Position numbers and translations under genes: made by a program. A DNA stretch of 63,692 bases, filler included, from Conidiobolus incongruus B7586 (Eukaryota): assembly GCA_000697335.1 (NCBI GenBank). It is 14 parts of 14 records of this genome, joined end to end, with 100 filler letters (N's around TTAATTAATTAA, not from the genome) between each part and the next. Parts side by side here need not be neighbours in the genome. Positions count along the whole stretch, not along the records: positions 1 to 14,239 come from JNEM01007353.1; positions 14,340 to 15,916 come from JNEM01007354.1; positions 16,017 to 22,912 come from JNEM01007356.1; positions 23,013 to 25,044 come from JNEM01007357.1; positions 25,145 to 29,881 come from JNEM01007358.1; 9 more parts are not named here. One strand, given 5' to 3'. Below the pieces are notes generated by a model. The model had not been told where the DNA came from. It ran no database searches and was given only the letters and a program-made list of their open reading frames with translations. Positions 12,958-26,984 of this stretch are shown piece by piece. How positions within the stretch are numbered: position 1 is the stretch's first letter; the number at the start of each line of letters is the position of its first letter.

Positions 12958-13260
12958 ATGTCTGAACCAAGCAAAACTAACGCTAAGTACAACCAAGCTA
13001 TGGGATCTGCCAAGGAAGCTGTCGGCCACGCAGTCGGTAGCCACGAAATGGAAGCTAAAGGAAATGTCCAGAACAAGGAAGGACACACTGAACAAAAGAC
13101 TGCCGAAACCAAAGGATGGGTCGAGGGTGCCTATGACTCTGTAACTGGTGCCGTCAAGAACACTATTGGATCCCTTACTGGAAACACCTCCCAGCAAGCT
13201 GAGGGTAAGACCCAAGAATTGAAAGGTGATGCTAAAAAGGCTGCTAATTCCAGTTCTTAA
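12958..13260 (+). CDS. CsbD-like small hydrophilic stress protein (fungal Hmp1-like), 100 aa
   Basis: Two CsbD-type repeats (GSAKEAVGHAVG..MEAKG; GAVKNTIGSLTGN..QQAEGK); biased codon usage typical of a highly expressed gene. Confidence 0.85.
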   Translation: MSEPSKTNAKYNQAMGSAKEAVGHAVGSHEMEAKGNVQNKEGHTEQKTAETKGWVEGAYDSVTGAVKNTIGSLTGNTSQQAEGKTQELKGDAKKAANSSS

Positions 13261-14239
13261 ATATATCTAATATTTGTAAATTTAGTAAAATAAATTTTAA
13301 TGAAAATATATAAGTTGAATTACAACATTACAAAATTAATCGCTAAATAATATTATATAATTTATAAAAATTAGAATTGAAAAATTTATTAATACAATTA
13401 TTAATTATCAATACTAATTAAACAGAGTTGAAAAAAAAATAACAGGATATTAAATTTTATAAATCAATTTGTATATAGTTTCAAATCTATTTTCACCATC
13501 GAAATTTAATTTTATTATAAATTGTATAGTAATCAATTTTTTTCAATAGAAGTCATTATAAAGTTGAATTTCATTTATATTAATGCTAAAATTGAACTTT
13601 ATCAGTTATTTGATTTAAATGTAAAAATTTTAACAATTGCTTAATCATTAATTTTTCTAATTACCTATTTTGTTAATGTATATCATTAATATTGCCAAAA
13701 TAAGAAGTTTATAAATTAAGATATACAGATGAATTAGACAAAAGCAGTGCAATTAGACTTGCCTTATGTTAAAGTAATAGTCCCAATACCAATTTATGAA
13801 TCAACTTTGATATAATATATTTTTTAGTTTTTTATATTAATTTAATTATTTTATCAAATATTAAACAAAACTTTTTAAGTATTTTGTCAGAAATAGATAT
13901 TACCAATACCACAGACTGAATAAAACTATATTGTTTTAAAACTTTTAATAATCTATTAAAATTATTATTGGCCAACATTAAATTTTCATTTGAAATTAAA
14001 TAAAATATTCATATTTTACTAAATTGTTACAATAGTACTAGATAGCATAAAATTTCATTCAATTTTAAAATTTCAAATTAATAATTAAAATTTATATTAC
14101 TCTAATTTTTAGTTGTTTTAAATTGATCCAATATATTTTAGATTAATATGATTAATTATATATCAAATTTTACTAAATAAAATAAAATTTTATATATTAT
14201 TTTTGTTCAAAGCTATTAAAAGTTAAAAATTTAAAATTA

Positions 14240-14339
14240 NNNNNNNNNNNNNNNNNNNNNNNNNNNNNNNNNNNNNNNNNNNNTTAATTAATTAANNNNN
14301 NNNNNNNNNNNNNNNNNNNNNNNNNNNNNNNNNNNNNNN
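14240..14339. other. Artificial assembly gap linker (first of 13)
   Basis: 44 N + TTAATTAATTAA + 44 N; also starting at 15917, 22913, 25045, 29882, 31735, 33387, 35328, 37478, 40101, 50779, 60710 and 62209. Confidence 0.97.
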
Positions 14340-14746
14340 CTGCTACCATGTAAGCATAGTGGTAGTTAAACTAATATAGTGCAGAGGAAGACTTAATATA
14401 AAAGTAGTGTGGCACAGAACATGGTAATATAACGTGGCTGTAGCGTGCAGGTGTAAACAAAGTTTAATTAAGCTTCAAACTAGGATGAGTCACTGATATA
14501 TTAAGATTTATATTAGGTAGTGCCAATATCCTACAATATTGACAGAATATAGTCTCAATCTTAGAAATAGTATAAAAGTAAAAATAGTAAGAATTGAGAG
14601 GAAAAAGGGGAACCTAGTTTATTAGATAATTCAATGCTATTTATACAATTAATTTAGCTATAAAAGTATAAATTAATCATATAATTTATAGTTAATTAAA
14701 TTATATAAAAATATATATAAGAATTTAGAGAACTAGTCTCTTAACA
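14340..14746 (-). mobile_element. 5' LTR (14349-14746) plus primer-binding site of Gypsy family A; internal part lost in gap
   Basis: Minus strand TGTTAAGAG...CTTACA followed directly by TGGTAGCAG, complementary to the 3' end of eukaryotic initiator tRNA-Met. Confidence 0.9.
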
Positions 14747-15916
14747 AATATATATATATTTATATAGTAATTTTTTTGATTAAAAAATTAATTTTTTTAA
14801 ATTAGTTATTTAATTTAATTATACTTAAATTAAATAATAATTATTAAAAGTTTTTTATTTTAATATTAGTAAAACCTAACTATAAACTCTCTAATATTAT
14901 TTAAAATTTATAAGCAACTTTTAGTAATAAAGTATTATCTAAATCAATAATTTATTACTAGGTAAATTATTTTAAAGCTAAAAGAGAAATTATTTAAAAC
15001 TTACTAAAATTTAACAAACTAACATTAATTGTTATTCTTTTAATTATTAATAGAGTGAAAAAATATATTGAAATACACTTTTTTATTTTAGTTAAAGAAT
15101 TATCTAAGTACTTTAAAATTAGTATTATAAGTTATATATATATATTAAAATATAAACTCAAATTAATAAATAAAAATATAAAATAGGTACCTTATAATTA
15201 ACTAAAGGTTAAAAAAAGCTAAAGTAGTTATTATTAAATAACACTTACTAAAATATTACTAGAAGCTTAAACTTTTATAATAAATAATTACAATTGATAA
15301 AACTTAAATCCCTATGTATAATCCTTTACTAAAACATAAATCAAAATATTAGATTAAGCTAAATCAACCCCCTCTATAAATTCCTTTAAAATAAATATTT
15401 TGTTAATAAGCAAATATTAATTATTATAATAGATTATAATTTTATATACTACTTTTATTTAGTTCCTAAAGGAAAATTAATTAATAGTAAACTTTATATT
15501 GCTTTTTGAAATAAAAGTATTTCTAATTAGTGTTTTTAATATAATTTGAGAAAACCTATTATTTATATAATAATTGTAAAATATATAAATCTAAATTTAT
15601 AAAAAATTATTTAATTAAAAATAACTGGAAAAAACTAACATATCTAATATATTCTTTAGATTATATTTAATATAATTATAATTGCTTTAGGTAATTAAAA
15701 AACCAGCTTACAAGAAAGAAAATTTCTATAAAAAAATTTAATTGGTTTATGAAATATCAAAATTTAGTCTTTAATAAAAAAATTATTTTTTAAATGTTAG
15801 ATCTTTATTAAAAGTATAGAAAAAATTTATTAATAATCAACAAAACTATTAAACTTATATTATATATTTATTTTTATATATTATATATTTAAATATTTAT
15901 TTATTTTAAATTATAA
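14747..15916 (+). mobile_element. Mutated mariner (DD34D) copy with its 5' end displaced by the Gypsy insertion
   Basis: *VPYN (WVPHEL-type) at ~15183 and IITIDKT*IPMYNP at ~15285; collinear with 38378-39687; many transition-derived stops. Confidence 0.85.
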
Positions 15917-16623
15917 NNNNNNNNNNNNNNNNNNNNNNNNNNNNNNNNNNNNNNNNNNNNTTAATTAATTAANNNNNNNNNNNNNNNNNNNNNNNNNNNN
16001 NNNNNNNNNNNNNNNNATATAATTTAATATAATATTATTATAAAAATATAACAAGAATTATAAAACTAAATAAAAATATTAATTAATATTGATATTTCTA
16101 TATATGTTTTTTATTAACATAAATATCACTAATTTTTTAAGAAAAAACATAACTAATTAAAAAACCTTATTATAAAGTTAAATGGTAGTTTAAATGGCAC
16201 TATTGATATTAAATTAATATTTATTAAAATTAGTTTATTTAATTTAACAAAATAAAAATATATTTTAATAAATAAAATAAAAAGCTAAAAATTTGAAAAA
16301 AAAATATAGAATTATTTTATAACCATTATATTAATATTATATTAAATTTTAATAATAGGTTAACTATTATTAAAAAATATATATTTTCTTTAGATATAAG
16401 ATATTTTTATAAAATTAATAACAGAATTAATATTAAAATATATTAAAATATGTTAAAATCTTAAAGATAATATTAAATATTATAGGTTAAACAAATTAAT
16501 ATTATTTTCTACTAAAATAATATATTTTAATATATCATAATTTTTATTACCAAATAACTTAAAAAACAAAAAAATAGTTATAAAATAATTTTCTTAATTT
16601 TTTAATTTTAACTTAATTAAATA

Positions 16624-19600
16624 TGTTAACAGACTAGTTCTCTAAATTCTTATATATACTTTTATATAATTCAATTAACTATTAATTATATGATAAATCT
16701 ATACTTATATAATTAAATTAATTATATAAATAATATTGAATTATCTAATAAACTAGGTTTACCTTTTTTCCCTCAATTCTTACTATTTTTTATTTTTACA
16801 TTATTTCTAAAATTGAAACTATATTCTATTAACATTATAGGATATTAGCACTACCTAATATAAATCTTAATATACTAGTGAATCATCCTAGTTTAAAGCT
16901 TAATTAAACTTTGTTTACACTTGTACATTATAGCTATATTATATTACTATATTTTACACCATATTACTTTTATATTAAGTTTTCCTCTATATTATATTAG
17001 TTTAACTACCATTATATTTATATAGTAGCAATAAGAAAACTTTTAAAAACCTATTAGAAATTAATAACTATTTGTATCAAACCTAATTATTATTATTTTA
17101 AATCTTATCTATAATTTATTTTATTTAAATTTAACATTATATGTTATAATACCATTAAAAAAAAGATACCCTTATATTATTTTAATAATCATAGTAGTTT
17201 AATTACTAAGTGAATCTAAAACTTTAATCTTTAAAAACTTACTATTTTTTAAAAAACTTATATTAAATAACTTTTGATTAAAAAAACATGTTTTAAAGAG
17301 TTTAAATCTAATAAACTAGCTACTTCACTATAATTAATATATTAAACTACCTCCTTAGTATTTTTAAAGATAAATTAACTATTTATGATAGTTTTAAAAA
17401 CCTTTACAAGCTTGAAAACTATTTTAAAAATATAAAGAATTATCTTAATTTAATCCTTGATAAAGATTTAAAAAATATCCTTAAATTAGCTATTTCTTTT
17501 TTTGAAAAATTTTCTTATATTTGGTAGTTAACTTATTATAAACTTAATTCTTAAAGAATCTTCAGGAGGATAATTTACTATAAAGATACAAACTTTTAAA
17601 CAATTAGAAAAAGCTTTTAAAAAGAGATATTACTTAAAAAATTAAGTTTAATTAACAAGAGAAAAGCTCTTTTAACTTAAATAAAAAACTTCTACAAAAT
17701 AATTAATTCAGATATTTAATGAGATATGCTTATATATATTAAATATCACTAAAGAAAAACAAATCTACAAACTATTATAATACTTTAATCTTTAAGTTAA
17801 GCTTTAGTTAGTTAGTAGGGAACATGTTAATAATATATCTCTTTTTAATATATGTGATATAATAATTATAATTAATAATATCTTTTATTTTATAACTAAA
17901 TTATTTTACCTTAAGAATTAATCCTTTAAAACTTATTTTAACCTACCTAAGTCTCAAATAATAAATGTTTCTGCTTTAAAACTTCATGAGAAAATCTTTA
18001 GTAAAGAAGTTAAAGCCTATTTAAGAATAAACAAAAGTTATTATTATAGCTAAAAAACTTAAGTTAATTATAAAGCTGATAAATACCTCTTAAAGAAATA
18101 ACATCTATTGAATTCTCAATAATCTTAACTTATTAACTATAAATTAAACTTGAATAATACTAATATAACCTTAGAATCACCTTTTTTACAATTAGTTAGC
18201 AGATTCTAATCTAATCTACAAAAGTTCTAATAGACTACTGATTCCACAAATTAAACTATATATACTAAAAAAATCCAACTGATTAAATTATTAGAAACTA
18301 AAAATATTCTATTAACTAATTTATCTTATAATTCTTTACCTTTAACTATCACCCTATTATTTATATTAATTAGTTTTTTTATAGATACACCTATTAGTGT
18401 TTTAATTAATTCTAATTGTTCTAGATATATTATCTCTTCTTTTATTGTTATAAAGTTATCTTTACTTACTTAAAAAAATAATTTGATAATTAAATATACT
18501 AATAACTTAATAGAACAAACATTTAATATTATATCTAGATATTTATTATTATCCTTTAACTATTCCTAATATATTAAATTCTTAGTTGGTAACATTAGTT
18601 ATAATTTTATAATAGGTTAAAATCAGTTTAAATATTACATTTTTATATCTATAAATATTACCCTAAAAGGTTACAAATCTATTTCTTTTATATTCTAAAA
18701 GAAATTAGTAGAATTAATCTCAGAAAATTTATATTACTTTATTATAAAATTATTAAATACTATACCTAACACTAACTCTACAATTGTAGCAAATAATTCT
18801 ATTATTATAAGTAAAAATTAATATAAAAAACTAATTAAGAACCTTAATAATTTATAGGGATATATATCTATCTATTATTTATCTATTAATACTTCATTTG
18901 TTAATTTCAATGAAGTTATATCTAATAACCATTTCCTATATAATATAATAAGTTAATTTACTAATGTTTTTAAACCTGTGGATTAATTACCTCTTAAATA
19001 TAATATTAAGTATAAAAATTAAATTACTCTTTAGTATACAACTATACTTAAAGTTTATTTACCATTTATCTCTTGAATAATATTAAACTTTAAAAGAAGA
19101 AATCCAAAAACTACTTAAAAACAGGTATATTAAACCTTCTTCCTTATTATAAAGATTTCTAATTCTCTTTGTAAAAAAAGCTAATGGTAGTTAAAGACTA
19201 TATATTAATAACTGTGTTTTAAACTTTAAAACTATTAAGGATAAAACTTTATTACTAAACCTAAATAATATTAAGGATAAACTACTTAGATCAACTATAT
19301 TTATTAAACTAAATATTAAGAGTAAATATTATAACATTAAAGTTAAAGAAAATTCTATTCTTTTAACTACTTTTAATACTTTTTTAGGTTACTATAAATT
19401 TACTGTTATAAACTTTAGATTGTATAATACCCTTGTAACTTTCACTTAATTTATCAATTCCCTTTTTAATTCTATTTTTAATAACTTTGTTATTACTTAC
19501 TTTAATAATATCTTAATTTATTTAAAAACTAAAGAAGAATATATTTAACATGTTAATTAAATCTTATAAATAATTTAAGAATATAAATTACCTTTAAAAT

Positions 19601-22343
19601 TATTAAAATATATCTTTAATACCTCTTCTATCTTTTTTTATGATTATATATTTTCCTTTTAAAAAATTAGTAATGATTTAACTAAACTCAATAGTGTTAA
19701 AGCTTTTACTATACCTATAAACAAAGATTAACTTATGTTTATACTTAGATTATTAAATTATTTTAAAGATTTTATTGATTTCTTTATTGAACTTATTACT
19801 CCTCTTACTAATTTCTTAAAGAAAAACTCTTTTTTTGAATAAGCCCTATTATATACTTTCTATATAAATACTTTAATTTTCTATATTACTAATGTTTTTA
19901 CTTTATCTATCTTTAATCTAAAACTACCTACTATTACTTTTACTAACTTTAATTTTTTTGTAATTAGTAGATAATTAACTTAGTTTGAATTTAATTTATA
20001 TTTTACCCTTCAACTATAAGATAAAATAATAAATAAAGGAGAATAAGTTGAGTTTAACCTAATAAATGTTATTTTAAAACCAATAACATTCTAGTTAAGA
20101 AAAATAAAACCAGCTGAATTAAAATATCTAGTTTATAAACAAAAACTCTTTGCTTTGGTAGAAATAATCAAAAATCACTTATATTTCTTATCCTACAATC
20201 TTTTCTTAACACTTACAGATTATAAATCACTTATCTACTTAAATACTCAAAAGCATTTATTAAAAAAATAGGTTAGAGAGATTAAAACTATCCAAGCATA
20301 TCTTTTTTTTATTTAATATCTCTTAAGTTAATAAAATTATATTATAGATACTTTATTAAAAAATCCTACATATTTACCCTTTTATATTAATTGTAAAAAC
20401 CCAGCAAATATTAACTTAATGATTATTAATAAATAAAATAAAGAATTTATTAAACTATTTTAAAAAACATTACTAAATAATAATTTCTTTATTTTAGTTA
20501 AAGAAGAACTCTTTAAACTATTAGAAAACCAATTAAAATATGTTAAACAATTTAAAATTATCAACAACTTACTATACTATAATAATTGTTTATATATTCC
20601 TAATATTCCTAAGATCTAACAAACAATATTTAATAAATGCTATAACTTACTTGTTAGAGGATATTAAAACTAGTTAAAGATTGCTGAGAGAATTAAAACA
20701 AAGTACTACTAACTTTCCCTAGTTAAATTAGTTTAGAAATATACTAATACTTGTGATATATTCTAAAAAATTAAATATAATACTCAATTAAAATATAATA
20801 AGCTTATTCCCCTACAAGTCTCTAATGAAATTTAACAACAAATCTAACTTGATTTTATAGAAATTCTTAAATCAATAAATAGTTATAATAACTTACTAAT
20901 TGTAATTGATTTATTTTCTAAATATGCTTATTTTATTCCTTGTTTCAAAACTTTTATAGCTAAAGATATTACATAATTGTTATTCTCTAATATCTTTACC
21001 TATTATAAAATTCTACAAACTATTATATTAGATAGAGATGTGTAATTCAACACTTAATTCTAGAAGTTACTATCCTCTTCCTTTAAAATTAACCTAGTTA
21101 TGTTTGTTATTAATTATCACTAAACCAATAGATTTGTTGAAAAAACTATTAAAACCTTAATATAAATAATTAAAGCTTATATTAACACTAATCAGTTAAA
21201 TTAAGATACTTATATCTACCAACTATAATATTTATTCAATACTTTTATCAACAAATCAATAGGTTTTAGCTTTTATTTTATCAATTATAGTAAATATCCT
21301 AACTTAATAATTACTTTAAAACTTTAAATCAACTTACCTTTAGATATTATTAAATTTTAATCTAATATCAAATATATTAATTCCCTTGTTAAATTTAATT
21401 TAAAAGAAAATTAAAGGATCATGGAACAACAATACTTAAAGTTATTTAGAAATCCTCTTAAATATAAAATTAACATGCTTGTATATTTAGAATAATCTGC
21501 CCTTAAACCTACCCTACTTAAATCTAGCTTAAATCTAAAATACTTACCATTATATTATAATACCTATAAAATTTAATCTATTGATTTAAATTTTGAAAAT
21601 ATTACCTTGGAATTATCTTTAACTTTGAGGATTAACCTTACCTTTTACATATCTAAAATTAAACTATACTTTGAAGATTTTGACACTTTTCTTAATTGAT
21701 TAAAAACCCCAAAACTAGATTTAATTATTAATTAAGATAAAGAAGAAGAATGCTATGTTAATTACATAATTAAATCTAAATCTGTTAGGAATAAGTTTTA
21801 TTTCTATATAAAATAGATAGGTTATTTTATTAAAGAAGCTACATAAAAACCCCTAGAAAATATTAAGAATACCTCAGCTTATTATACCTATTTGCAAAAA
21901 ATTAAAGAGTGTGTCTTTTTTAAGAAACCAATTAAAGGAATGTTAAGAGAGACTAGTTCTTTAAATTCTTATATATACTTTCATATAATTCAATTAACTA
22001 TAAATTATATGATTAATTAATACTTATATAGTTAAATTAATTATATAAATAGCATTAAATTATCTAATAAAGTAGGTTCTTCTTTTTTCCTCTTAATTCT
22101 TACTATTTCTTATTTTTATATTATTCCTAAAATTGAAAAATATATTTCATTAATATTATAGGATATTAACACTACCTAATATAAATCTTAATATACCAGT
22201 AACTTATGCTAGTTCAAAGCTTAATTAAACTTTGTTTATACTTGTATGCTATAGCTATATTATATTACCATGTTTTATGCCACATTACTTTTATATTAAG
22301 TTTTTCTTTATACTATATTAGTTTAACTACCACTATATTTATA
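16624..22343 (+). mobile_element. Full-length inactivated Ty3/Gypsy chromovirus, family A (5.7 kb)
   Basis: LTRs 16624-17022 and 21941-22343; TSD AAATA on both sides; mutated PBS TAGTAGCA; RT relics ILFVKKANGS*RLYINN (~19160) and TYFNNILIYLKTKEEYI*HV (YLDD region, ~19495); RNase H, integrase and chromodomain (~21740-21870) in gypsy order; all frames stop-ridden. Confidence 0.95.
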
Positions 22344-23012
22344 AAATATCTTTGGAATTAATTAATAAATGCTATTAAAGTTTTTCTATCAATAAATAAT
22401 TTGAATTAATTTTAAAAATATATTAAAGAATAAATTAAGATTAACCCTTTTAAATTAAAAAATAAATTGATTTTATATCTTACAGACTTAAATAAGTTTA
22501 AAAATCTAATGTTAAATATATTAAATTTGAATTTTCATATCACCAAAAATTTAAAGATTTATAACTCATCTTAAATAAGATTTTAAGTTTGATTTCTTAA
22601 CTAATAAATAAATAATTATTATTTTTTTTAATATTTATACTCTTATTAATAATATATAGGTGTAGTTATTAAATTTGGATTAATTTCATTAAATAATAAT
22701 TAGGTTATTAGTAAAGATATAAGTGTTTTTGATTTTATAATTTATTTTTAAAAGTTAATAAATAAATAATATAAAAATATTCAATATATTATTATTTTCT
22801 TTTAATTATTATTATCTTTTATTTTGTTATTTTTGCTTAAATATAAATTATATCATAATAATATTATAATATATAATAATTATTTAATAATAAACCTAAT
22901 ATATTAATAGCTNNNNNNNNNNNNNNNNNNNNNNNNNNNNNNNNNNNNNNNNNNNNTTAATTAATTAANNNNNNNNNNNNNNNNNNNNNNNNNNNNNNNN
23001 NNNNNNNNNNNN

Positions 23013-23140
23013 TATATATATATATAGTTTGAAAATATTTATTTTCTTATATATTTTATATATATATAATTTTTTAAAATATATAATATATTTGAAAAAT
23101 CAGAAATTAAAAAATTTCCCATTTTTTATTTCTATACTAA
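23013..23140 (-). mobile_element. 5' terminal fragment of mariner subfamily 2
   Basis: Matches 53766-53894 including the TIR ending ...TTTCTATACTAA|TA; rest lost in gap. Confidence 0.75.
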
Positions 23141-24771
23141 TATTAAGTAAAAGATTATAAAAGGAAATTTAAGATAAATTAATTATTATTACTTATTTTA
23201 AAAGCTCAAGTTTTTAATAATATTTTAATAGATTTTATTTAACCATAGTAATTTATTGTTTTTTTATGCTTTAGTTAGATTATAAAATACTTATTTTATA
23301 ATTTCTATATATTGATTTTAGTTTAAAAAAAATAAATATTAAATATCTATAAAACCAGTATTAAATTATATAAATAAATCTATAACTGAAACAAAAAGAT
23401 AATTTTTATTATATTTTTTCATTTTATTAAAAGTTAGTAAATTAATAATTAATGTTATTTTTTTAAATTAGAATAAATTTTAATTTATTGTTTTATTTTA
23501 AAATAGTTCTCTAAATAATAAGTAGCTAATTTAAATAATATTTTATTATCAGAAACAATTTGTAAACTTTAAATAAAATTAAAAAATTTGATGTTAAATT
23601 TTATTGATATTAAAATATAAGATTTATAATATTATTATTAAGTTGAATATAATGAAATTAAATAACCAATAATAAAAAATCAAAATCTTGATCAAAAAAG
23701 TTAAAATATATATATAGTATCTAATAATATATTACTTTTTATTTATTTTATATATATTGATTTATTTAAAAATAATGATATATTTTAAATATCATAAATT
23801 AAGAAATTTTAAATAATTTAAGTTTAAAATATTATCAAGAAAGAAACTAAATTAAATAATTAATCATATAAAAACTTTTATTCAAGGATTTAAAAATTTT
23901 TTATAAAATCTAATAAATAATTGTATTAATAAAATTAACGTTTTATTTTAAATAGATTAATTTATTATATCATAAAAAAATTTAGATTTTAAAACTTTTA
24001 ATATTATTTTTATAGCTTTTTTATCATATAATTAATCTCATTATACAGAATTTAACCTCTTAAAAAATAAAGAGTAAGATAATAATAGCTTTTCCCTTTT
24101 ATTATTTTCTTAAACAATTGCATTAAAAATATAAACAAGAATAAAAAAGGAACTATATTAAACTTTCGTTTACTCTTAAGATTTCAAAAAATATATAAAA
24201 GTAAAATAAGATCTCATAATAGTGAATTAAAGTATAATTATTATCAAAGTAATATTTTTTATAAATACTAAAATCAAAACAATTTTTAATACTAAAACTA
24301 TTTTAATTAATATATAAAAAATTTTAAAAAAAGGTTAATATATAATTTTTATTTTAAAATATAATCAAAAGAATATATTTAAAATAAATAACCAAATGTT
24401 AATTATTAATGATGTTATTTGCTATTAATTATTTAAATTAATTAAGTTATCATATATATTGATTAAATATATCTTATTATTAATGATGTTAATATATTCA
24501 CCAATTCCTTTTTGTATTTTTCTTTAATTATAGTTTTGTTTAAAGTAAATAAATTATAAAATAATTATAAATCTATATAAATATAGCAAAATATTATTGT
24601 TCGTCTGGATTTTATATACAATAAGAATATAATTTTAAACAAATATAGATTTTTAAATATTAAAAGTTTTCTTCTACTATAAATTACACTTCATTATGTC
24701 TAATATTGAACTTTACTATTCTTTAGTTTATAATTAGTAGGGTAGCTTTAATCTAAATTTTTAATATATTA

Positions 24772-25690
24772 TTACCATAGAATTGAAGAAATAAGAAATT
24801 TTTTAATTTCTGATTTTTCAAACATATTATTAGTTTCAAATAAGCAAATATATACAAAACAAATAGGAAAATAAATAGTTTTGAATTATATATATATATA
24901 TATAATAATTTTTTTGATTAAAAAATGAATTTTTTAAAATTAGTTGTTTAATTTAATCATGCTTAAACCAAATAGTGACCATCAAAAGTCTTTTATTTTA
25001 GTATCAGTAAAACTTAACCACAAACCCTCTAAAATCATTTAAAANNNNNNNNNNNNNNNNNNNNNNNNNNNNNNNNNNNNNNNNNNNNTTAATTAATTAA
25101 NNNNNNNNNNNNNNNNNNNNNNNNNNNNNNNNNNNNNNNNNNNNTTGATAAGCAAATGTTAATTGTAGCAATAGATTATAATAGCATATGCTATTCTTAT
25201 TTAGTTCCTAAAAGAAAATCCATTAATAGTAAACTTTATATTTCTTTTTTAAATAAAACTATTTCTAATTGGTATTCTCAATATAATTTGAGAAGACCTA
25301 TTATTTTGTATGATAATTGTAAAATACATAAATCTAAAGTTGTAAAAAACTTTCTAATTAAAAATAACTGGAAAGAACTACCACATCTAGTATATTCCCC
25401 AGATTATAACCCATGTGATTATAATTGTTTTGGGCAATTAAAAAACCAGCTTACAGGAAAGAAAATTTCTACAGGAAAATTTAATTGGTTTGTAAAACAT
25501 CAAATTTCAGTCTTTAATAAAAAGAATTGTTTTTTAGGTGTTAGATCTTTGCCAAAAGTATGGCAAAAAGTTATTAGAAATAAAAGAAATTATTAATTTT
25601 ATATTATATATTTATTTTTACTTGGTATATATTAAAATGTTTATTTTTTTTCAATCACAAAAAATTCCCATTATTTAAATTACAAAGTAA
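24772..25690 (+). mobile_element. Mariner DD34D copy spanning a gap; transposase ATG at ~24959, C-terminal ORF 25156-25596 open
   Basis: ILYDNCKIH...WKELPHLVYSPDYNPCDY (34 residues between 2nd and 3rd Asp); TIR-like ends bounded by TA. Confidence 0.85.
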
Positions 25691-26984
25691 TATTATTAAA
25701 ATACTATTATCAATGTTTATAAATATTGAATTTAATATATTTTATTGAAAATTAATCAACTTTAATATAAATTAAATATATTAAATATCATTATCTATTA
25801 GATTATATTTTCTGTATTAAAAGAATTTATTCGATTTATTGAATTATTTAAATTCCTTTAAAATATTCAAATAATAATATTATTTAAGTTTCTGAAACCT
25901 AAGATATATAAATAGATTTAAAGATATTATAATAATCTTATAATAAAAGCTTATATATTTCTTTATTATAATATAACTAGTTATAAAATATTAAATTATC
26001 TTTAAAAATAATATAACCTTAACTATAATAACTAATATGGTTATTAAATTGGAGTTATTTTAAATAAGATTCTTTTATATTATGATAATATTCTAACCAA
26101 ATTATTTAATCATATATTTCCCCATTAATTGAGTATATTAGTTTTTTAGTATATATAATAAAAGTTCCTTTTCTCATTTAAAATTTTTCTATTATATGTT
26201 TTAAAAATGCTTTTTTTATAACCTAGTTAGTAAAATATAACTGCCAACTAAGTTTCTAATGGTATTTATTCTTCTTGATAAGTAATAAAATTGTAGATAT
26301 TTGCTAAATATAAGCAAATTGGAAAGAAAATAACTTTTACAATCTTTATCCATCATTTAAAATGATTTTCTTCTGAAGGAAGTTAATGTATAAACTACTG
26401 TAGCAACTATAGTGTTTATAGCAAGTATAAAGATATATACCTTGAGGTTTTTAATCCATATAATAATCTCAAAATTGCTGGATCATCTAAATTCTCATCA
26501 AAGTCAACTATAATAAAGGTAATGAAGAACTCTATCATCTCTTTTATGCAAGACATAGTAAAAAAAATAAAGATAATGAGTTTATTTCAATAAATACTAT
26601 ATATTTTTTGGTTTGAGAAGAGGAATACTTGAAATACTTTATTTTGATAGCAGCTATTTTAGAGTAGGTTATGGGAAAAAGTCACTAATTTTTCTTTTTG
26701 GTTCACATTTGAGCACAATTTTAACATTTTTCAAAAAAAAACCGGAAAATCAAGAATCAGAAAAGATTTTAGTTAGCCCAATGTATAAAATATATCAATA
26801 AATGATTAAGATTTATTTTTTCATATAGAATTCAATGGCAAGTGAGACCAATCCAGAATAGAAAGTTTTTTACTTCTAATAACATTACAATCAGTATCTT
26901 ACATGTAAACTGTAATCACATATAATCAACTGGTTACTCAGAGTTCACAATGAAGTGTTATCTGAATACGGCCTCATCAAAAAT

